NCBI GenBank assembly: GCA_045629325.1
Contig: JAZQQX010000027.1
Location: forward strand, 11,049 to 75,048
From: Bacteroidaceae bacterium
GTDB lineage: Bacteria > Bacteroidota > Bacteroidia > Bacteroidales > Bacteroidaceae
Length of the DNA stretch: 64,000 nucleotides
Direction of reading: 5' to 3'
Shown piece after piece: positions 1 to 8,748 of this stretch (positions within the stretch are counted from its first letter, which is position 1; the number at the start of each line of letters is the position of its first letter). A program made the position numbers and the translations under genes. Under the pieces are notes generated by a model. That model was not told the DNA's origin, made no database searches, and worked only from the letters and a program-made list of their open reading frames with translations.

Positions 1-1
1 G

Positions 2-355
2 GGTACACCTTCGACAGAGCGCCCCTTGCGTGCGGACAACTTTGTGGGTGTCTATCCCCTTCGTTCGGAGATGGTACGCTTGGCCTACTATGAGGTGGGT
101 GACCACAGGAAAGCTTTGGACTATACGCTATGTAGCATCTTGTTGCAGAAACAGTTGAGCCAATTCTACAGAACGCTGTCACAATTCCCCGACTATGCGG
201 GACAAGACCTCCCTATGGCCTATCGTGAGGCTATGGAGATACTGCAGTCCGACGAGAAAGCCCTCCGGGATTCGCCTCCCGGCACTTATGCCTATTTTTA
301 TTATAATGTTTCCATACCCGAGGAAAGGGAGATGGAGCTGAAATCAAGGGATTAG
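2..355 (+). CDS. 3' end of a hypothetical protein (frame open to window edge)
   Basis: Frame is stop-free from nt 2 and ends at TAG 353-355. The tracked ORF begins at an internal TTG (26). No motif recognised. Confidence 0.4.
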   Translation, partial: GTPSTERPLRADNFVGVYPLRSEMVRLAYYEVGDHRKALDYTLCSILLQKQLSQFYRTLSQFPDYAGQDLPMAYREAMEILQSDEKALRDSPPGTYAYFYYNVSIPEEREMELKSRD

Positions 356-370
356 CATGTGAGGGCCTTG

Positions 371-487
371 TGGGAAGGTGCAAGGAACGGTTGTAAAAAG
401 GCCTTCGGAAAAAGCCGAAGGAACATTGGTAAAAAGGTTTTGTGAAGAAGCGTGAGGAACAGGCGACTTCGCAATAAAAATATAAAT
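371..487. repeat. Three tandem ~36-bp units, each headed by (A/G)AGGAAC, immediately upstream of metH
   Basis: AGGAAC occurs at 383-388, 419-424 and 455-460, an exact 36-bp period. Units 1 and 2 share AAGGAAC..G.TAAAAAGG (about 25/36 identical). A CCTTCGG/CCGAAGG hairpin lies at 403-421. Confidence 0.6.
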
Positions 488-491
488 AAGG

Positions 492-3311
492 ATGAAAGAG
501 ATATTGAAAGATAGGATCCTCTTGCTCGATGGAGCAATGGGAACAATGATACAGACTTTCCACTTGCGTGAAGAAGATTTCCGTGGTGATCGTTTCAAGG
601 ATCTTCCCGGTTTGCAAAGTGGCAACAACGACCTGCTGGTGCTCACCCGTCCCGATGTGATAGGGGAGATTCATCGTCGTTACTTGGAGGCAGGAGCGGA
701 TATTATCACGGCTTGTACCTTCAACAGCCAGCGTATATCGATGGCCGATTACGGTTGTGAACATCTCATCCGTGAGATCAATCAGACTGCGGTACGCCTG
801 GCCCGTGCAGAAGCAGAACGCTTCTCTACGCCCGAGAAACCCCGCTTTGTGATAGCCACGGTGGGCCCGAGCAACAAGACTCTGAGCATGAGTCCGGATG
901 TCAACAACCCGGGTTATCGTGCCCTGACCTTCGACGATATGGTGGAAGCCTATGTGGAACAGATAGAGGCTCTGCTTGAGGCAGGTGTAGATGCTTTGCT
1001 CCTGGAGACTATCTTCGACACACTCAATTGCAAGGCCACCATCTATGCATCTCAGTTGGCCATGAAGCAGACGGGTATCAAGGTTCCGCTGATGCTGAGT
1101 GTCACGGTAAGCGACCGTACGGGTCGTCTCCTGTCTGGTCAGAACCTGCGTGCCTTCCTTGCCAGTATCGCTCATGCAGATGTGATGAGCGTGGGTTTGA
1201 ACTGCTCATTTGGAGGTAAGGATATGTTGCCCTGCGTGAGAGAGATGGCCCAGTATGCCCCTTATTTTATCACAGCCCATCCCAATGCTGGTCTGCCCAA
1301 CCAGATGGGTAAGTACGATGAGACCCCGGAACTGATGCGTGAGCAGATACGAGCCTTCCTTGAGGAAGGATTGGTCAATGTGATCGGCGGTTGTTGCGGT
1401 ACTACCCCTGAGCATATCAAGGCTATGGCGGAGCTACTGGCCCCCCAATCCCCTAAAGAGGGAGACATTCTTTGTAAGGATGCTCAAGAGGAGTCAATGG
1501 TTCAGAATGAAGTAAGGACTTATAAACCCCATGTGCCCGTTGCTCCATCACCCTATATGCAGTTGAGTGGACTTGAGGTACTTGAACTCACGCCTGAGGT
1601 GGGTTTCGTCAATGTGGGAGAGCGATGCAATGTGGCAGGTAGCCGTAAGTTCTTGAGACTTATCAAGGAAGGAAGTTACGAAGAGGCGCTCAGCATTGCC
1701 CGTAAGCAGGTGGAGGATGGCGCATTGGTGATAGATATCAACATGGACGATGGTCTGCTCGATGCAGAGAAGGAGATGACCACCTTCCTCAACCTCATCG
1801 GTAGTGAACCCGATATCTGCCGTGTGCCCATCATGATCGACTCCTCCAAGTGGGATGTGATACGAGCCGGACTGAAATGTGTACAGGGTAAGTGCATCGT
1901 CAACAGTATCTCGCTGAAGGAAGGTGAGGAGAAGTTTGTTGAGCATGCCCGAGAGATCCGTCAGTTTGGTGCTTCTGTTGTTGTGATGGCATTCGATGAA
2001 GAAGGTCAGGCCACCACTTTCGCGCGTCGCTGTGAGGTATGTGCCAGAGCCTATCGTCTGCTTGTTGACGAGGTAGGATTCAACCCCTCCGATATCATTT
2101 TCGACCCCAATGTACTGGCTGTTGCTACAGGTATCCCTGAGCACGATGCCTATGCTTCCGACTTCATACAGACGGTAGGGTGGATCAAGCAGAATCTGCC
2201 CGGGTCGCATGTGAGCGGTGGTGTGAGCAACCTCTCTTTCTCTTTCCGAGGCAACAACTATATCCGCGAGGCTATGCATGCCGTTTTCCTGTATCATGCG
2301 CGTAAGCAAGGCATGGACTTTGGTATTGTCAATCCTTCGGCTAAGGTGATGTATAGTGACATCCCACAGTCGCAACTGGCTGTAATAGAGGATGTGATGC
2401 TCAATCCCTCACAAGAGGCATCTGAACGACTGATCACGCTGGCTGGCGAACTGTTGAGTCAGGAATTGGAAGCAAAGGCTAATGGACAGGTTGGTAATGC
2501 TGAAGGTCAGACGGATGGACCCAAAGAAGAGCGTACGCTGGAGCAACAGATCATGGATAAGTTGCAGAAAGGTATCGTTGAGGGGCTCGAACCACTTCTT
2601 CTCATGGCCATGGAGCGTTATCCTCGTGCTGTGGATATCATTGAGGGACCTCTGATGGCAGGTATGAACCGTGTAGGTCAACTCTTTGGTGAGGGCAAGA
2701 TGTTTTTGCCCCAGGTGGTCAAGACGGCTCGCACCATGAAGCAAGCCGTACAGATTCTACAGCCTTTCATTGAGGCCCAAAAGACTGAAGGAAGTGCCTC
2801 TGCCGGAAAGGTGCTGGTGGCTACAGTAAAGGGGGATGTACACGATATCGGTAAGAATATCGTGGCTGTGGTGATGGCTTGCAACGGATTTGAAATAATT
2901 GACATGGGCGTCATGGTGCCTGCCGAGGAGATAGTCCGCAAGGCACTTGAGGTGAAGCCCGACATCATAGGTTTGAGTGGCCTCATCACTCCCAGTCTGG
3001 AGGAGATGGCACATGTGGTGAGTGAGTTGCGCCGTGCCAATATCCATGTGCCCGTGATGATTGGTGGTGCCACCACGAGTCCTATGCACACAGCCTTGAA
3101 GATTGCTCCTGCCTATGAAGGTCCCGTGATATGGGTGAAAGATGCTTCGCAAAACGCCTTGCTTGCCAACAGGTTCTTGAGTGAAGACTCAAAGGGTGAG
3201 GCTATGCGCGAACTGGAAGAAGAGCAAAATCATCTGCGCGAAGAGTCGGGCGAATCTGCCCCCATCCTCTCTATTGAGGAGGCGCGAAACCGTAAGCCTA
3301 ATCTCTTCTAA
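492..3311 (+). CDS. metH: Cobalamin-dependent methionine synthase (Hcy-binding, pterin-binding, cap and B12-binding modules; no C-terminal AdoMet reactivation domain)
   Basis: 939 aa. N-terminus [12 protein letters not shown] and [11 protein letters not shown] match the homocysteine methyltransferase module. [10 protein letters not shown] is the B12 DxHxxG motif. The ORF ends about 90 aa after it. Confidence 0.93.
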   Translation: MKEILKDRILLLDGAMGTMIQTFHLREEDFRGDRFKDLPGLQSGNNDLLVLTRPDVIGEIHRRYLEAGADIITACTFNSQRISMADYGCEHLIREINQTAVRLARAEAERFSTPEKPRFVIATVGPSNKTLSMSPDVNNPGYRALTFDDMVEAYVEQIEALLEAGVDALLLETIFDTLNCKATIYASQLAMKQTGIKVPLMLSVTVSDRTGRLLSGQNLRAFLASIAHADVMSVGLNCSFGGKDMLPCVREMAQYAPYFITAHPNAGLPNQMGKYDETPELMREQIRAFLEEGLVNVIGGCCGTTPEHIKAMAELLAPQSPKEGDILCKDAQEESMVQNEVRTYKPHVPVAPSPYMQLSGLEVLELTPEVGFVNVGERCNVAGSRKFLRLIKEGSYEEALSIARKQVEDGALVIDINMDDGLLDAEKEMTTFLNLIGSEPDICRVPIMIDSSKWDVIRAGLKCVQGKCIVNSISLKEGEEKFVEHAREIRQFGASVVVMAFDEEGQATTFARRCEVCARAYRLLVDEVGFNPSDIIFDPNVLAVATGIPEHDAYASDFIQTVGWIKQNLPGSHVSGGVSNLSFSFRGNNYIREAMHAVFLYHARKQGMDFGIVNPSAKVMYSDIPQSQLAVIEDVMLNPSQEASERLITLAGELLSQELEAKANGQVGNAEGQTDGPKEERTLEQQIMDKLQKGIVEGLEPLLLMAMERYPRAVDIIEGPLMAGMNRVGQLFGEGKMFLPQVVKTARTMKQAVQILQPFIEAQKTEGSASAGKVLVATVKGDVHDIGKNIVAVVMACNGFEIIDMGVMVPAEEIVRKALEVKPDIIGLSGLITPSLEEMAHVVSELRRANIHVPVMIGGATTSPMHTALKIAPAYEGPVIWVKDASQNALLANRFLSEDSKGEAMRELEEEQNHLREESGESAPILSIEEARNRKPNLF

Positions 3312-3409
3312 AAGAACGCTCCCCGTTGGCCTTCGGTCGAGCCTGCTCTCGCTCGGCAGAGCAATTAAGCAGACTTAATGCTCTGCTCTCGCTTACTCGC
3401 AGCCTTCAT

Positions 3410-3514
3410 CGCTCATCGCTCAACGCTCAACGCTCAGCGCTCCCCGCTCATCGCTCCTCGCTCAACGCTCCACGCTCCCCGCTCCTCGCTCAACGCTCAA
3501 CGCTCCCCGCTTAC
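3410..3514. repeat. Heptanucleotide tandem array, CGCTCNN x15
   Basis: Read directly: 14 consecutive CGCTCNN units plus one degenerate unit, 105 bp. It lies between the convergent metH and DUF721 genes and its last unit overlaps the DUF721 stop codon (3511-3513). Confidence 0.9.
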
Positions 3515-3801
3515 CTGAAGACGATATTCTGTACCACCTGTGCCCCAACATGGGCATTGAGTTTCTGGATTATTTCCGTTCGCTTCATCTGAAGATTTTG
3601 GCGGAGAGAAGGATTGATGATGCTGACATAAAGGATGCCACCACGGATGTTGACATCCTTGGTGTACTTGCTAACGACATTCCCCATCACCTCGTTCCAT
3701 GAACTAACCACCCTGAACTCATTGAGAGGGGTCTCCAATCCTTCCTCGCGAAGAAATTGGCGTAGGACAGTTCCTAAATGTTGTGTCTTGACTCTTTCCA
3801 T
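3511..3801 (-). CDS. DUF721-family small protein (recF-associated)
   Basis: MERVKTQHLGTVLRQFLREEGLETPLNEFRVVSSWNEVMG is typical of DUF721 proteins encoded just downstream of recF. The ATG at 3801 is preferred over the tracked start at 3831, which overlaps recF. Confidence 0.75.
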   Translation of the reverse strand: MERVKTQHLGTVLRQFLREEGLETPLNEFRVVSSWNEVMGNVVSKYTKDVNIRGGILYVSIINPSLRQNLQMKRTEIIQKLNAHVGAQVVQNIVFR

Positions 3802-3815
3802 GTGTTGATGGGAGG

Positions 3816-4922
3816 TTATGTGTTTTTGCAAAGGACTTCTCCGTTGTTCACTTCAAAGAGTTTGTAGTGAACCTGTCCGTTTCTCAGTATGCTGTCGATG
3901 TGATCGCGATTGGTGTCGGTGATGATGGTCTGGCCGAAATTGCCTCCACTTACGAGTTTCACAATCTGTTCTACTCGTGCTGCATCCAACTTATCGAAGA
4001 TGTCGTCAAGGAGTAGGATAGGGGCGGTGTGGCTACCTGTTCGGTGAAGGAAGTCAAACTGTGCGAGTTTGAGGGCTATGAGGTATGTTTTGTTCTGTCC
4101 CTGACTGCCCTCCCGTTTGAGCGGGAATCCTCCGAGGGTCATCTCGATATCGTCTTTGTGTGTGCCGTGGAGCGAGTAGCCAATGGCCCTGTCCTTGTGC
4201 CTGTCTCGCTGTATCACCTCGAGCAAAGGACCTCTCTCGCAATGTGAGGTGTAACTAAGGCCCACCTTCTCACGACCCGCAGAGATATGCTCGTAGAACT
4301 GTTGGAAACAAGGTGTGAAGGCATTCACATATTCCTTTCGTTTCTGATAGATGAACTCACCCTCCCGTGCCATCATCTCCTCCCACATCGAGAGTAGATC
4401 GGCGTCGGGTTCTTCCTCCATCTTGAGCAGGGCGTTGCGTTGCTGAAGAGCCTTGTTGTAGCGCATGAGACTGTCCATATAAGGCAGGTCACATTGCGAT
4501 ATCATCATGTCCATGAATCGTCTGCGCTCCTCGCTTCCTCCTGCTATGAGCATCTGGTCGGAAGGCGACACCAACACGATGGGTATCAGTCCGATATGTT
4601 CGGCCAGACGCTTGTAAGCCTTCTTACTCCTGCGGAAGATCTTCTTCTGTCCTCTCTTCAGACCACAGTTGATCTCTTCGAGCGTACCGTCCTCTTTGGT
4701 GTAGTTGCCCTGGAGCATCATGAAATCGGCATCGTGACGAAGCACCATCTGGTCCTGGTTGCAATTCGAACTCTTGCACATCGACAGGAAATAGATGGCA
4801 TCGAGAACATTGGTCTTACCCATGCCGTTCTGCCCAATGAAACAGTTGATGCCGTCCGACAATTCGAGTTGGACATCTTCCAGATTCTTGTAGTTGAGGA
4901 TTGTGATTTTGTTCAATATCAT
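3816..4922 (-). CDS. recF: DNA replication/repair protein RecF
   Basis: 368 aa with Walker A GQNGMGKTNVLDAIYFL near the N-terminus and LLLDDIFDKLD (Walker B-like) near the C-terminus. Confidence 0.93.
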   Translation of the reverse strand: MILNKITILNYKNLEDVQLELSDGINCFIGQNGMGKTNVLDAIYFLSMCKSSNCNQDQMVLRHDADFMMLQGNYTKEDGTLEEINCGLKRGQKKIFRRSKKAYKRLAEHIGLIPIVLVSPSDQMLIAGGSEERRRFMDMMISQCDLPYMDSLMRYNKALQQRNALLKMEEEPDADLLSMWEEMMAREGEFIYQKRKEYVNAFTPCFQQFYEHISAGREKVGLSYTSHCERGPLLEVIQRDRHKDRAIGYSLHGTHKDDIEMTLGGFPLKREGSQGQNKTYLIALKLAQFDFLHRTGSHTAPILLLDDIFDKLDAARVEQIVKLVSGGNFGQTIITDTNRDHIDSILRNGQVHYKLFEVNNGEVLCKNT

Positions 4923-4964
4923 ACTGCAAAAGTAATCATTTTTGGGTAAAAATCGCTATGTTTT

Positions 4965-4978
4965 CACGAATATTCGTG
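4965..4978. promoter_or_regulatory. Perfect 14-bp palindrome CACGAATATTCGTG in the recF / TPR-ribH divergent region (candidate operator)
   Basis: Read directly. It lies 43 nt upstream of the recF ATG. Confidence 0.35.
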
Positions 4979-5029
4979 CTTACAATGAAAATATTGTGCC
5001 AAAGATTTCAATATCCCATATATTTTCAC

Positions 5030-5037
5030 TACATTTG
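5030..5037 (+). promoter_or_regulatory. Bacteroidota -7 promoter box TACATTTG (TAnnTTTG)
   Basis: Exact match to the TAnnTTTG consensus, 113 nt upstream of the ATG at 5151. Confidence 0.45.
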
Positions 5038-5150
5038 CATCGCTTTTTGCGTAGGTGCGCGTATAGCGTGTGTGAATTTTAAAGATTCCTACGCAGGATA
5101 TATGTGCTAACAAGTAACAATAACTGATTAAAATTAAAACTAAAAATACA

Positions 5151-5807
5151 ATGGCAAACAATCACAAGAACAACGAGGAAGAACTCGTACAGCCTAACTT
5201 CATTGAGAAGTATGGCAAGCAGTGTGGCATTTGCATCGCTGCTATCCTGGTAATCGTATTTTGCGCTATGGGTTACAAGAACCTGATCAAGGAGCCTCGT
5301 GAGGCTGCTGCTAACGATGCTGTAGTTGCTGCTCAGAAGGCACTCAACCAGCAGGACAGCGCTTCTGTAGCATCTCTGCTGAAGGCTGCTCAGACCGTTG
5401 CTGATGAGTATGGAAGCACCGACGCAGGCAACTTGGCTCACCTCTATGCAGGTATCGCTCTCTACAACCAGTCAAAGTATGAAGCTGCTCTCAAGGAGTT
5501 TAAGGCATACGATGAGTGCGATGATGCTAATGTAAGTGCAGCAGTATATGGTGCTATCGGTGATTGCCAGGCTTGCCTCAAGCAGTATGAAGATGCAGCA
5601 AAGAGCTTTGAGAAGGCTGCTGAGAAGGCTGGTAGCGAGAACATCGCTGTGATGCAACTTATCAAGGCTGGTGAGATCTACGAGTATGCTCTCAACAACA
5701 ACGAGAAGGCTCTCGCAACCTACAAGAAGGCTAACAGCTACAAGGCAAGCTACCAGGTTCAGGCTGGTCAGATTGATGCTTATGTAGAGCGTGCTGCCAA
5801 CAAGTAA
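5151..5807 (+). CDS. Membrane-anchored TPR-like protein (YfgM-like topology)
   Basis: 218 aa with an N-terminal TM segment (CGICIAAILVIVFCAMGY) followed by an Ala-rich helical repeat region. It sits upstream of ribH, as commonly seen in Bacteroidales. Confidence 0.6.
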   Translation: MANNHKNNEEELVQPNFIEKYGKQCGICIAAILVIVFCAMGYKNLIKEPREAAANDAVVAAQKALNQQDSASVASLLKAAQTVADEYGSTDAGNLAHLYAGIALYNQSKYEAALKEFKAYDECDDANVSAAVYGAIGDCQACLKQYEDAAKSFEKAAEKAGSENIAVMQLIKAGEIYEYALNNNEKALATYKKANSYKASYQVQAGQIDAYVERAANK

Positions 5808-5839
5808 TATTGATGATTTACAAATTGTAGATTTTTTAG

Positions 5840-6331
5840 ATGGCTACAGCCTTTCATAACCTCTCTGACTACAATCCAGAGAGTGTACCCAATGCCGAAG
5901 ACATGCGCTTCGGCATTGTAGTTAGTGAGTGGAATTCGGATGTGACTGGCGCGCTTATGCAGGGCGCTGTGGATACTTTGCGTAAGCATGGTGCCAAGGA
6001 AGAGCGTATCAAGGTGTTAACTGTTCCCGGTAGTTTTGAGTTGGTGTTTGGTGCAAGCCAGATGGTCAAGAGTGGCAAGTATGATGCTGTGATTGCTATT
6101 GGCTGTGTGGTTCGTGGTGATACTCCTCATTTTGACTACATCTGCGAAGGTACTACTGAAGGTCTCGCCCTACTTAACAAGGACCATGATGTACCCGTTA
6201 TCTATGGTCTGCTCACCTGCAACACCATGCAACAGGCACTTGACCGTTGTGGCGGTTCATTAGGCAACAAGGGCGATGAGTGCGCCATTACCGCTATTAA
6301 GATGGTAGATTACAAGCGCAAACTGATGTAG
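5840..6331 (+). CDS. ribH: 6,7-dimethyl-8-ribityllumazine synthase
   Basis: 163 aa. [21 protein letters not shown] and VPGSFELV match lumazine synthase. Confidence 0.92.
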   Translation: MATAFHNLSDYNPESVPNAEDMRFGIVVSEWNSDVTGALMQGAVDTLRKHGAKEERIKVLTVPGSFELVFGASQMVKSGKYDAVIAIGCVVRGDTPHFDYICEGTTEGLALLNKDHDVPVIYGLLTCNTMQQALDRCGGSLGNKGDECAITAIKMVDYKRKLM

Positions 6332-6412
6332 TATCGGATAATCAGATTGCACGGTCTCTCTTAATGTTTATTTCCTTAATGAAGGAATAAGGAATATTAA
6401 GATATTGTAGAT

Positions 6413-6455
6413 ATAAAAATGGTGCCGGTCATTGTGACGGGCACCATTTGTTTTT
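6413..6455. terminator. Bidirectional intrinsic terminator between ribH and the GH5 gene
   Basis: ATGGTGCCGGTCA / TGACGGGCACCAT stem with one mismatch, flanked by AAAAA and TTGTTTTT. Confidence 0.7.
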
Positions 6456-6474
6456 ATGTATAGATTCTCGTAGG

Positions 6475-7794
6475 CTACTTGGATTGTTTTCCCTTAGAGA
6501 AATCCTTGATCAACTTGAGGGTAGTCTTGTCGGTGTCGAATACCGAGTTGAGGCCTTGCTCCTCCTGTGCGGGGTCGCCTGTGTAGTCGTCCCAAGGTTG
6601 CCAGAAGGGGTGTACGGGACGGGCACATCCTGCCCACGACCAGAAGTTACATCCTTGTATCTTTCCGCTGGTACGGATGATGTCGAATATATATTTATAA
6701 TATGTATCGCGTGCGTGCGTAGAACTCTTGCGGTCAAACTTGAATTTGTCGCGTGGGTAGCCAAACTCTTCCAGCACGATAGGTTTGCCCGTATCTTCCA
6801 CATATTGGTACGCCTCGTCGATATACGCCTTGGTCTCCTCGCATGCTCTTCCTACTGACTTTTCAGGTGCTTCTTCGCCGATACCTTTCAGGGCCTCCTC
6901 TATGGTGGCAAAATAGCCTCCAAGCCAGGACCAGTTGAAAGGCCAGATGTGTATGCAACAATAGTCTATGGAGGGCAGGCTGTGGATGTTGCGGAAGAGT
7001 TCCATGTCCGATTCACAACCGTACTTTCCCTCAGAACCTGTAGTTACGAGGTGGTTGGGGTCGATGCTTTTGATAAGTTCGGACTGCTCCTTGATCCACG
7101 ATGTGAAATAGACCTTCTGTTCAGGTGTGGTGGCAAAAGGACGGGGCTCGTTGCAAAGTTCCCAAGCCATCAGGGCAGGGGAGTCCTTGTAGGGCTTGCC
7201 CGTCACGGTGTTGATGCGTGACACCACATAGCGCGTGTGATTAGCGGAGAGTTGGCGAGCCTTGTCGTTGCGCACAAACTGAGAGGTGTAGGCTTGCCAT
7301 GCCGTCCAGTCTTTGCTACTGGGAGGTGTACCCATGCCGGCCCATTGCAGGTACTGGTTGAAACCACCGCTCCAGTCCCATGCATTGTTGAGATAGAGTA
7401 CGGCTTTCATGTTGCGCTTTTCCAGTTCGGCCATCAGGTAGTCCAGTCCGCGGAAGATGGTATCATTGTACACTCCGGCTTCTCTCTGCAAAGTGGGGCG
7501 TATCTGATGCAGGTCGCCTTCGGGACCGTCACCTCCCACAAGTATGCGCAGGTTGTCGATGCCATACTTCTGCATGATGTCCAGTTGTTTGCGGAGCATC
7601 TTGCGATTGCCCCCTTGTCCCTCACTTCCGAGTATGGCACCATACCAGAAGTTGGTTCCCACAAAGGTATAGGGCTGGTCACCGATATAAAAACGACCAT
7701 TGCGCACCGTGACGAACTGGCCGGGTGCGCAATGAACCTGTAAAATGACAAACCATGCTATAAGCGTGGCAATCATCTTTATGCGTATACGCAT
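6475..7794 (-). CDS. Glycoside hydrolase family 5, endo-beta-1,4-mannanase-like, secreted
   Basis: 439 aa with a signal peptide. WELCNEP is the acid/base motif and LEEFGYP the nucleophile motif, typical of GH5 mannanases. Confidence 0.8.
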   Translation of the reverse strand: MRIRIKMIATLIAWFVILQVHCAPGQFVTVRNGRFYIGDQPYTFVGTNFWYGAILGSEGQGGNRKMLRKQLDIMQKYGIDNLRILVGGDGPEGDLHQIRPTLQREAGVYNDTIFRGLDYLMAELEKRNMKAVLYLNNAWDWSGGFNQYLQWAGMGTPPSSKDWTAWQAYTSQFVRNDKARQLSANHTRYVVSRINTVTGKPYKDSPALMAWELCNEPRPFATTPEQKVYFTSWIKEQSELIKSIDPNHLVTTGSEGKYGCESDMELFRNIHSLPSIDYCCIHIWPFNWSWLGGYFATIEEALKGIGEEAPEKSVGRACEETKAYIDEAYQYVEDTGKPIVLEEFGYPRDKFKFDRKSSTHARDTYYKYIFDIIRTSGKIQGCNFWSWAGCARPVHPFWQPWDDYTGDPAQEEQGLNSVFDTDKTTLKLIKDFSKGKQSK

Positions 7795-7812
7795 GGTATA
7801 TGGGTCTATGGA

Positions 7813-8412
7813 TTATTCTTCAGTCTTGTTCAGTTTCTCTTTCATCTCAGGCTTTGCCTTGTAGCGAGCGTTGAGTCCCTTCACGATGTCTTCGGTCACA
7901 TCGTATGCAGAATCAGCAAAGAGGATGTTGTTGCCACTCTTGCTCAGGATATAACTGTACTTACGACCTTTGTTGAAATCCTTGATAAACTTCTGAAGAC
8001 TGTCGTTGATCTCCTTGTAGAAGCTCTCCTGATTCTCGTTGAACTGAACAGAAAGACGAGCGTCGAGTTCCTGCAAGTCCTGCTGTTCGCGCTGGATGCT
8101 GGCCTGTGCACGCTCCAACTCGTCGCGAGTGGTATAACCGTTGTTCTCGTACTTCTTCTGTACGGTAGCCATATGCTGTTGCAGGTCGTGCTGTTTGCTT
8201 GCCAAGGTGCGCTGTGCATTCTCGTATTCCTGTGCCATCAGTTCGTTGTAGTCCTTGCAGAACTGATACTGACTTACCAGGCTGTCCCACTCTACATAAG
8301 CCACGATCTGACCACCTTCTGTGGGTTGAATATTCTTCTCTGTGCTTGCCTCCTTGTTGCCACAGCTTGCCATAAGTGCGATGGCTGTAGCAAATAAAAT
8401 TGTTTTCTTCAT
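7813..8412 (-). CDS. OmpH/Skp-like periplasmic chaperone lipoprotein
   Basis: 199 aa with lipobox LMASCGN, followed by a Q/E-rich coiled-coil typical of the OmpH family. Confidence 0.75.
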   Translation of the reverse strand: MKKTILFATAIALMASCGNKEASTEKNIQPTEGGQIVAYVEWDSLVSQYQFCKDYNELMAQEYENAQRTLASKQHDLQQHMATVQKKYENNGYTTRDELERAQASIQREQQDLQELDARLSVQFNENQESFYKEINDSLQKFIKDFNKGRKYSYILSKSGNNILFADSAYDVTEDIVKGLNARYKAKPEMKEKLNKTEE

Positions 8413-8451
8413 TATATGATTTTGAATTTATTTGTTTATATCTTTATGAGT

Positions 8452-8667
8452 TCAGTTTTCACTTCGTTCATTCACCCTGTTGGGGTTCTCCTTTCGCATC
8501 ATGACATCCATGCTCTGCACACAATTGATACCTCTTTCGCGCATAGCCTTGCTATGCCCAATGTGCTGGCTTCTGAATGTGTGACGCTTGCCGAAAAGGA
8601 TGCCAACGCATAAAAAGAGCATGCTTGTAGCAATTATTCCAAGGCAAAGAAGTGCGACTTTCAACAT
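8452..8667 (-). CDS. Small predicted single-TM membrane protein, unknown function
   Basis: 71 aa with a hydrophobic N-terminus (VALLCLGIIATSMLFLCVGILF). It has its own TATCTTTG -7 box 22-29 nt upstream. Confidence 0.5.
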   Translation of the reverse strand: MLKVALLCLGIIATSMLFLCVGILFGKRHTFRSQHIGHSKAMRERGINCVQSMDVMMRKENPNRVNERSEN

Positions 8668-8674
8668 TATTTAT

Positions 8675-8682
8675 TATATTTG
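8675..8682 (+). promoter_or_regulatory. -7 box TATATTTG for pepD
   Basis: Exact TAnnTTTG, 67 nt upstream of the ATG at 8749. Confidence 0.45.
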
Positions 8683-8688
8683 CAAGCG

Positions 8689-8696
8689 CAAAGATA
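8689..8696 (-). promoter_or_regulatory. -7 box TATCTTTG (minus strand) for the small membrane protein / ompH unit
   Basis: The plus strand reads CAAAGATA. It sits back-to-back with the pepD box. Confidence 0.45.
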
Positions 8697-8748
8697 CGAA
8701 TAAGTGCGTGAAAACGCAAATTTTAATACACATAAATCGGATAAAACC

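Noticed and set aside
355-491. A riboswitch (SAM, SAH or cobalamin) upstream of metH.
   Set aside because: I could not recognise the conserved cores of the SAM-I, SAM-II, SAH or B12 elements by eye. The region is instead a 36-bp tandem repeat. Only a cmscan can exclude a riboswitch definitively.
3326-3592. An 88-aa ORF across the CGCTCNN heptamer array.
   Set aside because: The translation is a direct read-out of the repeat (SLNAQRS...). It overlaps the DUF721 gene on the opposite strand.
4986-5002. A sigma-54 promoter for recF (TGGCAC-N5-TTTC, minus strand).
   Set aside because: The -12 GC dinucleotide is replaced by TC, and recF is not an expected sigma-54 target. It is retained only as a shared-motif observation.
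5038-5839. An FMN riboswitch upstream of ribH.
   Set aside because: No RFN-like conserved segments were seen. ribH follows a TPR-like gene with only a 32-nt gap. The TGCGTAGG/CCTACGCA inverted repeat (5048-5095) is too small to be an RFN element.
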